From: Eukaryota sp. GEM-RC1 | Taxonomy: Eukaryota | Length of the DNA stretch: 64,000 nt | Assembly: GCA_040285855.1 (NCBI GenBank) | Contig: JAUFOQ010000006.1 | Location: 1,488,001-1,552,000, forward strand | Direction of reading: 5' to 3' | In this document: piece by piece, positions 49,023 to 61,360 of the stretch | How the letters are laid out: every line of letters starts with the position of its first letter | How positions within the stretch are numbered: position 1 is the stretch's first letter | The notes under the pieces: model-generated | Seen by the model: the letters and a program-made list of their open reading frames with translations, nothing else | Database searches by the model: none | What the model was told of the DNA's origin: nothing | Program-made: the position numbers and the translations under genes

Positions 49023-52000
49023 ATGACATACAGTTTAGCTCTTTCATCCGATCCCTTCCATTCAGGGTCTCTGCCTCATCTTATAGGCCATACGGCTTGT
49101 CAGATTGGCCGTTTTGTGTTGATTTTTGGAGGGAAATGTAAGACTACTGAAACCTACTCCAACGACCTTTTTGTAGTTGATCTTCAGTCAAAAAGGCCGT
49201 CAAACTACTAACTACTGGAACAGTTCCTTCTCCTCGTTACGAACATGCTGCTGGAGCTTTTGAATCATCATCACCAAAGGGGATCCATCTATTCGTATTC
49301 GGTGGCAGAACATCTCGTCCGCCTGCCTCCACACCTTCTCCATTATATGAGATATGTATCCCTGAATCCTCAATTACTCTATTTCTTTCTGGCACTACAC
49401 CTACAAGCCTCCCTGCCTGGACTGCTCTTAGACAATCTCCATCTTCTGTCCTCTGGCCAAGTGATCGTTTTGGTCACGTTTTCACTCCCATCTCCTCCGA
49501 TTACTTACTACTTTGTGGTGGTCTTCTCGGTTATAGCGAGTCTCTGCGTCTTATCAGCGATGCATATCTCTTCCATAAAACCCGCAAAATGTGGATTAAA
49601 ATCCCCCCGGACCAATCACAGCTAATTTGCCGTGGCTACGCTGGGTCTGCATCTCTCTTTCCTGACCAAACATCTGTCCTCATCCTAGGTGGTTGTTATG
49701 TTGGTGACCGTTTCAATTGTATTTCTTGTAGGGACGCTATAGTTGTTACCAAAAGCCAGGCTTCACCTCCCTCCGTCTCTGTTCAATACCTATCTGTTTC
49801 TCATAATGTTCCTGCTATAATGCGGTGTTCTTTTACTTTATGCCGGTAAAAACCAACAAAACAAACCTCTCTTCTTATGTTCTGGTGGGGAAGAACGTGA
49901 TACCGTAGCTCCTTACCCTCAACTATCTCTCCTCTCCATCTCCAATTCAAACTCAGGATCTCTTCATCTCGATCTCTGTGTTGGTTCCTTGAACTTGAGT
50001 CCAAATTTTGGCGAGCTTTCTCGGGAGCTTGCATTTCGCCGTGAACGCCACTCTTTATCTCTGGTACACAAGACTGACAATGAACTCGTTGCTCTAGTAG
50101 TGGGTGGTCGTTTCCCATCAACTGCTGCTCCAGTAATCATGGCTACTGTCACTTTTTCCTCTAATTCACCATCATCCCCTTCCATCACCACACTACCTCC
50201 GGTTATACCGTCATCAGATCACTCCAGCGGACCTCTTTCCCCTTCTGGTACTACTAGAAGGGGAAACCCTCCACCCTCATTTGAACTCTGTTAGGAGACA
50301 ACAACAGTTCACGCAGCGTAATTGGTTGGGAGACCTAACGCCGATTAGAGTTGGACCAAACGTAACAATGCCTCTAGCAATGTCTGGTGGTAACAATAAC
50401 GACTTTGTTGCAGGTTTGGATGATGCTATTGCTGTTTTAGAATTACTTCATAAGCTTATGGACAACAACCATTGGGTTGGCCGGGAATTAGTTATTCCAT
50501 CTAGTGAAAAACATCGTTTTGTTAAACTTTGTGAGAAAATCTTTGAACACTCAATGAATTTGTTAAAAACTGAACCTATTACTCTTGATGTTCCTTCGCC
50601 TTGCTATGTTTTGGGAGATCTTCATGGTAACATGCTAGATCTTTCCTTTTACGCAATGAGCTGTGGAAACGTGGTGTTCCTTCTACTAGTGGTAATTTTC
50701 TTTTACTTGGAGACTATGTAGACCGAGGTCCTAATCCCTTAGAAGTATTAGCGTATATCCTAGCTTGGAAGATTATCGCTCCCAATCAGTGGTTCATTTT
50801 GAGGGGCAATCACGAGAGCTTAACGCAGTGTGGGAAACCAACAGGCCAGATAGTGCATACTCAATATTGCGTAAACATTTCCCAAATGATGCTGATAATC
50901 TGTTATACCGAATGAATGAGGTTTTCAATGTAATGTCGTTGGTGGCGGTAGTTCATGAAACCGCTGTCGGATCTAAACCAGTCGGAAGAAAAGTCTTTTG
51001 CGTTCATGGTGGAATCCCAAGACCAATCAAATCTAATTGGAGAGTCACGTGGGATAAGATCAAACAACTTCCAAAGTCCATTGACCCCGCTGAAAAGCTC
51101 TGGGGCTGTGCAACTTCTAATTCTGAACAGTACACTTTGATGAATGAGTTGTTGTGGAACGACGTTCAGTCTGAGGAATCAGAGTCAAATAAAGATGGCT
51201 TTGCTGACAGTGATAGAGGTCCTGGTTGTTACACCTTTAATAACAAAGCCATTGAGAAGTTCTGTCAAACTCTTGGGTTTAGCGCCATCGTCCGTGGTCA
51301 TCAAGCATGCCAGAACGGAGTGGAAATGAATGGAACTGCTGATTACCCAGTGATTACAGTGTTTTCGACATCACGTGATCATTTTGGTACTTCAATGAAT
51401 CCTAATCAATGTGGTACTGTTCTTATTTCTCAAAGTGGTGAGCTTTTCTTTATTAGTGGAGAAGTTTGTTTTCCAAAAACTGCACTTACCCCAACTTTCT
51501 CTAATCCGCTTCCTCCTTCAAATAGAATTGTTTGCGGATTCTACGGAGAGTCTTTGTTCTCAAAGAATTCTTCGTTTTTGTACGGAATTACCGATGCTAT
51601 AAGTGCTTTTCATCCAGAGAATTTAGGTTTTGTTCGTGTTGATCCCAGTTCAATAGTGTTGCCATTGTTAGATATATATGCTGCACCTGACGCTATTTCT
51701 CATTCTAAACTACGCACGGCCACACAATTTCTTGAGCCTCTTACTAAACTTTTATTAAGTTTTAGGGATTTGACTATTGACTTCAATTCAATTCTTGTTA
51801 CTATACCAATTCCACAGACGTCTTTTGAAATTCTGTTGGATTTATCAAGACAACTGTCCTCTATTTTACAAGTAGACGTGGAACCAAGACGAAGTACTGA
51901 GATTGTACTCTTTAAGAGGTCAGTAAATAGGGAAGTTGATGACGAGTGGGGGGAGAGAGTACATAAGGGAGTTGTTGCTGAGGTTGACAACACTTTCCCT

Positions 52001-52078
52001 GTAGAAAACTCTGCTTTAACAACTGAAGATCCCAAGTTTATTGGTATTACTGCTGATGTAACTACACTGTTGACGTGA
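49023..52078 (+). CDS. Kelch-repeat Ser/Thr protein phosphatase (PPP family), several frameshifts
   Basis: Kelch units GHTAC..VLIFGG, PSPRYEHAA..LFVFGG, RFGH..LLCGG, then PPP motifs GDLHG, GDYVDRG (~50710-50730), LRGNHE (~50800-50816), CVHGGIP, LLWND, IVRGHQ, VITVFS. Confidence 0.85.
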
Positions 52079-52375
52079 TGGTTGTGGTGACGTGATGGTG
52101 GTTCATGCTTATTAGCATTTAGATCAAGAAAATCATGCCAATATTTGCAAATGCTTGAGCTTGACCTGAATCTGGTGTGGTGTTTTCAGCCCATTGTATC
52201 CAACCTCTTCTGTTACGTAACGTTATAATGTAAGTAAAATGTAATCTGTGTTTTTATATATTAACGGCGTTTTAAAAAGTCCCCTAGAAGGTTGTAGAGT
52301 ATCGTAGGGATGAATGTAAAAGAAATGAGTTATCTATCGTTGAACCAGAAACCAGGAAAAATTCTTGTAAAGCAA

Positions 52376-53813
52376 CCACGGCCTAACACGTAACACGCGT
52401 GTTAACACGTGTTAGATTCAATTTTGTAACGTGTTAGCGTTCACTGTGTGATTCCAAATTTATTTTATCTGAGCAACATATTTTTTGATGAATTCAATTT
52501 TTATTTATAAATGTAATATACTAAAAAAACTAAAATTTGATATCATTAAAACAACACCCATCGCTATCGAACCTTACAACAGCTTTGTCCTCATAACAGG
52601 AACTCACAGCTGGTAAAGCTTTGGAGATGATTAGGGGAATTGTTTTGAAAAAGGAAATACGATACGATTAAACCATTACGAACAAAGCGTTTCTTCATCC
52701 CTTTTTTTTACGATTTGTCCGAAATCGTTTAAAAAAATTCAATGCACTTTTTCCTAAACGTCCGTAGATTGGAAACAGCAAAGGGCAAAAATCGTATTCA
52801 AAATGTTCTACATGTTTTAGAGCCATCAATGGTTTATTAAGCAACATTTATCTAACTAAAAAATATCTATATTAATAAGGTAATTATCTTGTTTCCGCCG
52901 CACGTAGGTTGCAAAGGAAATGTAGAGAGACTCGAAAGCTGTTGTTGGATTGCATTCAATACGAGTTCTTTTTGTTCTTCAGGAATATGATTGATGATTG
53001 TAAGATACTATGGTTATCTGTATCTGGATCAACTCTTCTTGGTAATTGCTGATCTACAATGCTGTTGTTACGGTCAAAATGCCACTGTATGTGAAAATCA
53101 TCACCATTTAAAGTGACTTCATCTCGCAACTTCATCAAGGACAGCAGCCCCATCCAAATTACATGTCTTTCATTTCGTTCAATAAATACCAATTTCTCTT
53201 GACTTGGTAACGATTTGAGCTCTTTAAATAGATCTAAAGATCGTTCAATAGCATGAAATGACTCGAGGCAGGTTCACAAAGATACTTTGAGGTGAAAATT
53301 TGTTGATTTTTGAGTGTTCTGAAGACAGAGAAGTTTGTGAATCAAGCCATTGATTCACGAAATACTTTTCATTTGCATCAACAACTTGAAGCACACCATC
53401 TTCGTCCACAAAAGCTCAGAATCTTCGACCAATGGTGAATTTACAAGACTTGATGTTTTTGGAGATGAACGAATATGTAAAATTTTACAATTTAGATATG
53501 GATGGAATAATATTTACTAATAAAAAAATAGGAGATAATATATTTTATGATAATGATGGAAACTTTTCAGTATATAGTTTGTAGACTACTGAACATTTCC
53601 AGTTCGAGGTCTTATAAACTTCACAGCCCTTGATTCTATATTCTTTTTTACATGCCAAAGACACAATAAATGATGAGATTCTGGATAGACAACAGCTACA
53701 GCATTCATCAGTGCAAGTTCTCGATCAGTTATAATAACACCATGTACGATATTACTTTTTGTGTGTAGTTCTTGTAGAACCCATAAGTAATCTGCTTCCG
53801 TTTCGCCATCCAT
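52376..53813 (-). mobile_element. MULE/Mutator transposase remnant with putative terminal repeat region
   Basis: ETEADYLWVL..IITDRELALMNAVAVVYPESHHLLCLWHVKKNI (53586..53813); TAACACG/CGTGTTA repeats at 52384-52440. Boundaries are approximate. Confidence 0.7.
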
Positions 53814-53819
53814 CGATTC

Positions 53820-55170
53820 TTTTGTAACTGATAGATTTTTATTGCTATCTATGAAAGGAAAGTAAGTAATGCTCTACTAAAAATCAGTTCATGAACATCC
53901 TCAATCCGTTATTAAATCTGCTATTGAAATAAATCACTATCTTGAAAGTGAAGGATCAAGTACTTACAATGTAATTCCTATTGTTCGTCACGTCACACCA
54001 GGTTTCTTTGAAATAGACACACAAGGTCTTTGGGGAATATTACGTTCCACGCTGTCAACACCACAAGTGGAAGTCAAGAAAGGACTATCTGAGTGGAATA
54101 CAAAAACTGAAATTAAAAGAATGTCTCCCAAAGAACAAAACTTATTATGGTCTTACTTTTTCAATTTTAATCGTCTATTTAGGAAAAAAGTTATAAGTTT
54201 AACAATACCATTAAAACCTGATGGTTTCTCTGCATGTGTTGAACTTACCAGATAGGACTGGGAGTGTCATTTAAATCAGATAGTGCAAAATTCTCTAGTA
54301 AAGAAGACTATGTTCAAGACTATGATGTTGAAAAGTTTTCATTGAAATAAAAAGTGTTTATTGACCCTGGAAAAACAGATTTACTCTATTTTTGTTCAGA
54401 GAAACTAAATAGGCCATTTCCTGAAGAAAAAGCCCGAGAAAGAAGAGACAAAGAATATGAATGGCTAAGATTGACAGAAACAGAATGGTCCAGATGGACA
54501 ATGGTTCATCAAAAGTTTAGAAGGGGAAAGAAAAAAGAATTCATCTCCAAGATGGAAAAACAGTCGAACAAGAAGAGTCTACATTATCCAAAGAAAATTG
54601 AAAGCCAGCCGTCTATGAAACCTTCTGGGACTATGTGGGTTCCAAGTTTACAGTTATTGAATCAACATTTGATTACTACTGTTTGATGATATGGCGCATT
54701 CAAAAATGCAAAGATAAGTACATTTTCAAAAAACGGAAAGTATATTTTCAACAACATGACTGAAAAAGGACGAAATAAAAATGACAGTGTGTTGATGTGT
54801 GGTGACAGCAGTAATAAAAAGCAGAACCTAAAACACCTTCGATCAAGTAGAGGTGTGGGATGGAGAAACTTCTTTAGGAGAAATGGTTACAATATTGTTC
54901 TTTTAGATGACTAGGAGAGTTACACGTCTTCAAAGTGTCCTACTTGTTGGAAGCCAGTTAAAGTGTTCAAAGAAATCAGTAATCCAAAACCATGGAAAGA
55001 GAGAAGAAACCTCTGGTAAAGTGTCACGCTTTGTTAAGAGCGAGTCCCAAGAATGTAGAGAAAAATGTAACGGTAACAATAAGAATTGAAATCGTAACAA
55101 GTTGACATGTATCAACATCAAGATCATTGTGGAGCATCCTTTGGAGGAGTGGGGTCACAGTGAGTTGTCA
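53820..55170 (+). pseudogene. Decayed Fanzor (eukaryotic TnpB-like RuvC nuclease)
   Basis: PDGFSACV (~54217), RuvC-I FIDPGKTDLLY (54357), CGDSS..GVGWRNFFRRNGYNIVLLD(D*)ESYTSSKCPTC (RuvC-II plus zinc finger, 54798-54947), NPKPW, KCHALLR/ESQEC, and *NRNKLTCINI (RuvC-III WNRD equivalent, 55087). Contains stops and frameshifts. Confidence 0.8.
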
Positions 55171-55232
55171 TAGTCATAGTCATAGCATTTACTACAGTGA
55201 ATCTGTACAATACAGCTTAACTCTTCGGATTC

Positions 55233-57888
55233 ATGTCTGCTATTTTAAAACACACTGTTGCTGATTTCTACGATGCACCATGCAATCATCCTCGAAAGTT
55301 ATTTGGAACCGCTATCAGACCGTTATATCTTCAACAATCGTTGTTGCTTCTAATCGATTCCCATTTTCTCAAACGTCTCCTGACTTTATCTCTTGCACAG
55401 GACCCCCTGGACTGGAGCCATCCTATCCGCACTTTGTTGGTAGACCTCCTCATTTTCTTTAAACATCTTGGATTCTCCAGCCAACGTTTCTTTGACGTTG
55501 CATTGATCGCTACTAAATCCTTTTTGAAAGAGAAACATTCTGTCTGAATCCCGTAGCATTTCCTCTACTTTCATCCATCGCATCTCTCTTTAATGCTAAG
55601 GTCAATTCTCTGTCTTTGGTTTGCAATCGTCCCTTGAATAGTGAGACAACCTCTATTACTCCAACGATTGTTTCCAGCATGCGGATTTCTATCACTGAAG
55701 GATTCCAGGATTTTAACTTTTTGTCACTTTATTCCACTATTTTCTCAGAGACCAATCCATTGGTTATCAATGTCTTTTCTTGTACTAACAGTTTCACTTC
55801 CTTCTGTGAGTTCTTTGCAGAAAGTAACATCAAAGCTTTAGATATTACATTCCATTACCCTTCTTCATCACAGCTCTTTTCATTTTCCACAATTTTACCT
55901 GGGAACACTAACTTAGACAAGATTTCAATTTCCAATAAACTAAACAATTCGAATAATGCTGCTATGATTGACGATATTTTAGTTGCTACGTTTCAAGTTC
56001 TTTCTACCAGTATGATTAAAGAAATTGACCTGTCTAATTTATCTATTTCTTATACTCGTGTTCTCTCGCCACTCCTTAAACGTGGTTCTTGTAAGGTTCT
56101 AGTCTTGCCAAAGGTTGATATTTTAGATGGATCGGCTTTAACTTTGTTACAACACAATTCCTCTCTTGTTGAAGTGACTTTAAACAATTCCAACTTCGAT
56201 GCTGAATCGCTTTCACAGGTTTTACAATTTAATACTATTTTGAAAAAACTGACACTCTTGAGATGTTGTTGCTCTTTTTCTCCCATCTTTGAGGCTCTCA
56301 AATCAAATACTTCTTTGTCAGAATTTAATATTCTTGATGTTAATCGTATACCATTTGAAAATCAAGAAGTTAAATTATTTCAAGAAATGGTTCACTCCAA
56401 CAATACCCTAAAAACTCTAACAATTGATGGTTCAATGTTTAATCCGCTTCAGTTCACTTCTATTCTCAATAGTCTTGAAAACAATTCTTGTCTTAATACT
56501 GTGAGTATTCCTAATTTAGATTTGAGTTGCTTAATCCTCGTTTACGAGTCTTTGTTTTCTCAACAATTTTACTCAGTTATTAGGGTTCCACCTCATCACT
56601 TAGACACTGGTGCTGGAGTTATCTATTATTCTCCTTTAAAGCCTTCGAAAATCACTTTGGAACAAATATCGTCTTTAAAGTTGCTGTTTAAGAAATACTC
56701 AATCAAGAAACTTTCTTTAAAGAAATGCCGTTTTACTAATGAAGGAGTTACTGCATTATGTGATTTGATGAGGGTTAATAACTCTTTGACTTCTGTTGAT
56801 TTCAGTGATTGTGCGCTTTGTGATGACAATATAGTTGATTTAATTGACTGTTTCCGAAGATGTATGAAACTGAAAAAAGTCAACTTAAGCAATAATGATG
56901 TAAAGCTCAAAAGTATTCTTACCTTTTTGAACTATTGCACTCAAGCATCTTTCAAAAAAGCATTCCAAATATCAGGTTCGAGCCTCATTTTGTTGACGTT
57001 TCCTTGGGTTTAATTCGATTTGAAGACACGTGTGAAGACAATGATTTAATTGCTCTTTTAAACGCTGTGAAATCAAACATCCCAATCAATCGCATTGACT
57101 GTCGTGGATTGAGCTCAATCAGTCTTGATGCACTGATTGCTTCGTATGAAATTCTTTCAATCAATCCTAACCTATTGGATCTTGATGTTTCTCCTCATTT
57201 TTTTAATATTGATGAGGGAATGTTTCTATACTCACCCGATGAACTAAGTCAAATAACTACTAACCAGCTGTCTTCATTAAGTCGTCTCTGTCAATCATGT
57301 CACGTCATGGAGCTATCTCTTCAACGATCTTTTCTATCATTTGAAGCAGTTTCCTCTTTGAGTAATTTATTGAGAGTCAATGATTCTTTGACTTATCTGG
57401 ATCTTAGTCATTGCAGAACGTCATCTGGAGGAATTATTCGAATATTTGAGTCATTACAGTCCAATCTCGCTTCAAAAATTAAGAATATGACTTTATTTTC
57501 TTGTAATATTGATCATAACATTGCTGTTTTATTATCAGAAGCATTGAAGGTTAATTCTTCTGTTTCTGATATCAATTTAGGGTGTAATTCTGTTGGTGAT
57601 CAAGGTGCTATGGCATTAGCCGAAACATTAAAAGTAAATTCGTCATTAAATACAGTCAACTTGTGGAGTAATAGTATTGGTGATGAAGGTGCAATCGCAA
57701 TGGCTGAAGCATTAAAAACTAATTGTTCCCTTTCTGATCTTAATCTGGGAGCGAACTTAATTGGTGAACCTGGTGCTCGAGCGTTGCTTGATGCTTTGAA
57801 GTTTAACTCAACAATAGATGAGATTAGCCTGTTACGTAACTCTGTTGGTAACTTGCGTCAAGAGTCTGATAATCGTATTACTTTTTAA
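55233..57888 (+). CDS. Large LRR protein (frameshifted)
   Basis: ORFs 55233..55547, 55616..57013 and 56935..57888; C-terminal 28-aa LRRs and repeated D(V/L)SPH motifs. Confidence 0.75.
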
Positions 57889-58199
57889 CTTAAAACTGAG
57901 CAATCGTAACTGTTCAACAAATTTAAAGACTCTTTTAATTTATGAATTTTTTAGGAATATTTAGAGATTTTCGACAAGACACCTATTCCAAACGCTTGAT
58001 TACTGATAAATGTCATTATAAAAATCGTATATATGATGCTTATGTGTTGTTAAGGGCTCTCCAAATTGAATTGGACTTCCAATTATTGCCGATAAATTAT
58101 TTCAAAAATTGATTGGCCAATGACTAGAGTACATATTGAAAGAATTACCAGAATCATTATTATTGTCCAACAGAATATACCAGTACATGCTTTAACATT

Positions 58200-58965
58200 T
58201 TCTTCGTTTGGCTATTTGGCCTGCAAATTTATTAAACTATTCAACGTGCTCTTGTGGAGCTAATGGTGTTTTTCGTCATTTAATTAATTGTCGTTATTTT
58301 ATTCATCTCCGTGCAGTAATTCATGATGGTGTACGTGATTCTTGTTATTCCATGTTTAAAGCACATGGTTTTCACTCTAAAGTTGAACCAGTTTTGAATC
58401 ATCTTTCAGAAAATGAATTTACTGATCAAAAACGAGGGGATCTACATACTCCGTGGCTTAAATCGAGTCAAGCATTAATGGATTTTACTACAGTAGATGT
58501 ATGTAACAAATCTTGTGTTAGTAGGATATTAGATTCTTCTTTTAATCCATTAACAGCAGCTGAAAAGCTCAAACACACCAAGTATGACTCTCAAGTAGAA
58601 GAATTAAATAGAAACTCATATTCCAAATTTGTGTTTCAACCTTTTGCTGTTTCTCTTTTCGATCTATTAGTCCTGCTGGTGATCAATTTTTCAAGGATTT
58701 CGAAGAATTGTGTAAAGAAAAGAAGCGTAAGTTTAGAATGGCTGAATGGAAAAACCGTATAGTGTTTTCCATATATCGGAATATGCCTTTCTATTTCTCT
58801 AGATTAATTGAGAAATTGTACAAGTTTGGTGTGAAGGTTCATGTAGATAAACGTAATCTTTTACCGGGTGGTGATGAAGTCGTTTGGATTTAATCTTAGT
58901 ATTATTTGTTTGTTTTTACAATTTCATAGTTTGTAGAAAGGTTACCTTATTGGGTGCCGAATAAA
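58200..58965 (+). mobile_element. CRE-like non-LTR retrotransposon 3' fragment (subfamily C)
   Basis: CSCG..RHLINC, IHDGVRD, VEP..KRGDL, MDFTTVD, AAEKLKHTKY, FQPFAVS; 3' UTR ends AATAAA plus CT repeats. Confidence 0.82.
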
Positions 58966-59339
58966 CATCTCTCTCTGCTTTAACAAAATATCAAGACTGT
59001 AGGATTAGCCTTTTTCGACAATCTTGAAAGATCAACGGCCCAACATTCTGCTACTTCGCCTAATTCTACAACCTCAAATTTGACGATATATACAGAGATA
59101 AAATGTCATTGCTCTATATTTTTCACTGAAATAATCCCACATCGAAAGTGATAGTACACACAACTGGGAGTGTGGTGCTGTTTTACATAAACAAATATCA
59201 CTCTAAACTTGAGAAAAAGTATGTTTTGCGGCCTTTGTCATTGAAGACAAAATATTATGCAAATCAATTATTTTTAAAAAATGTCTTCCGATGGTTGGAA
59301 CGTCGTTTTGGTGACCAATTATAAACTAAGTCTATTATG

Positions 59340-59780
59340 CGAGCCGATCAATGATTGATTTATTAATTTTATGATTACATCAGCAATCATTCCACGTGAG
59401 CTTGCTTTGGGATGAGAGTGATCATGTTACCCACTTTCTCTTCCTGTACAAGAAATATCTAAATTTCTATGCAAAATTTCATACTGTTGTGCAAGTTGAT
59501 TGTACTTACAAAACTGAGGGAAATCACTTACATCTACTTGCAATTGTGAGTACTACACCTACTTTATTGACTTATCATGTTGGTTTTTGTTACATGAAAG
59601 CAGAAACAACTGTTGACTACAGGTGGGTTCTGTTCGAACTCCTACGTATCTGTCCTGTCATTCCCGAAGCTTTTGTTTCTGACCAAGAAACCGCATTGAA
59701 GAACGCTTTATCTGAAAAATAACCGGAAAGCAATCAAATTTTGTGTTTGTGGTATATGTGTCAAAACATTCAACGTTACT
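59340..59780 (+). mobile_element. MULE transposase remnant
   Basis: VDCTYKT, ETTVDYRWVL, SDQETALKNAL; after a stop, PESNQILCLW. Confidence 0.8.
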
Positions 59781-60703
59781 GTCAGTATAGAAAAGATGTC
59801 CAGATCTATGGAACAAAGTAGACATAAACGGCTGAAAAACGTTTCCGCATGGTTGTTCAGGAGAGTTCATGGGAAGCTGTCCCATGGCATTTTGAAGAAG
59901 ACTGCAGAAGTGGCAAGAATTGTTGGAAGCAGATCCGAAGACATTGAAAAGGTCACATTAGAAGAAGTTGTTTACTAAAGGAGCAGTTCCAACGTATGAT
60001 TGAACAAGGAAGTGTGTGGTTTATCCTATACGAAATAAAGAAAGCAAGACTAGGACGTCTCTTAATCTATACAGTACTTTGTAAGTTGATACAAACTCCC
60101 GTAATACAACAACCCTTCTGTCCTTTTGCGTTACTATGATGATGATGGTTACAGCATTTCAGTGGAATACATTTCCAATGGAAGTGGAATTTGTCCAAAT
60201 GCTCCTAAAAGGGTTTAACTTCTTGCATCACAACAAGATCATAAATCTTTAATTGAATAGTTTAGTAATATTTGTATCTTTGTTTGGAGATTTAACAAAG
60301 AAGTAAACAGTGTTGAAGGGAAGGTCTGAATCCTGAACGTACCCCAGATTGGGTTTCTTAAAGAAGAACAGAGGAGGTGTTGAAGCCATGGACGTACGTG
60401 TTTCTTACAGGAACAACTCTATTGGTAATGAATCTAAAGAATAATACAATTTCTAGTGATTAACGGATTTTACAATTTTTCAAACTTAAAAAGAGCAAAT
60501 CAAAAGAGTTTTAGTCTTAGCTGTTGGTTTAATAACAACTCTTGACGAATCAAATATTGAGATGTTTTCAAAGTTTTTTGTCAAACAAACAAATGTTTTA
60601 GGTTTGCAGTTGGCTCGGTTATAAATAGACCGTAACAATCCCTTAGACAAACACTTGATTCCAAAAGCCCCTAATTTAAAAGATTTTTCTTAAACTTTAC
60701 GGA

Positions 60704-61360
60704 ATGACAGAAACTTTTGTACACTTCTGTTATCAATTGATTCTAAACAATTTAAATATTTGTTCTGATGACTTTCCTTCGGCTTCTATTCCTCTTGCTT
60801 TGGAATTACAGGCATTTACGTCAAACCTGAACCAGAACCGGTGGAACATCACTAGGTCCTGGAAGTTCTTTGCCAAAAAGAACAAAATGATGTTAAGGAA
60901 ATCAAGTTCTGGAAAAGTTAAATCATTTTCTAACAGTAAGGTGGTCCGGAAATTATCTCTTCGTGGTCGTTATGGTTCTGGAGTTAAGTCTATCTTTAAT
61001 CAGCAATGCCTATTCCCAATTCTGAAACGGTTCAGAAATTGGTCAAATTGCATCCAAAAGAAGAGTTTTTGTGCGTTAAATTTCAAATTTGTCAATTCTG
61101 GATTGATAATCCTATTTTCCCAACTGAAGTTGCAAATGCTACTGCTAGACTTCCTAAAGGTAAAGCAGCTGGACCTTCAGGCATTTCATTTGATTTGTTG
61201 AAAACTGCTTGCAATGCAGCTCCAGAAATTTCTGAAGATCTTGCTAATTACTTTCAACAGATGGTTTGTTTGAAAGTTATTCCTCCAATTGAATTGACTG
61301 CTGCTCGACTTATTGCTTTAGTAAAACCAGGTAACGGAATTAAGCCTGATGGAATCCAGT
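60704..61360 (+). mobile_element. CRE-like non-LTR retrotransposon fragment, region just upstream of and at the start of the RT domain
   Basis: LVKLHP, LPKGKAAGPSG, AARLIALVKP..GI; truncated immediately before the expected RPI motif. Confidence 0.75.
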
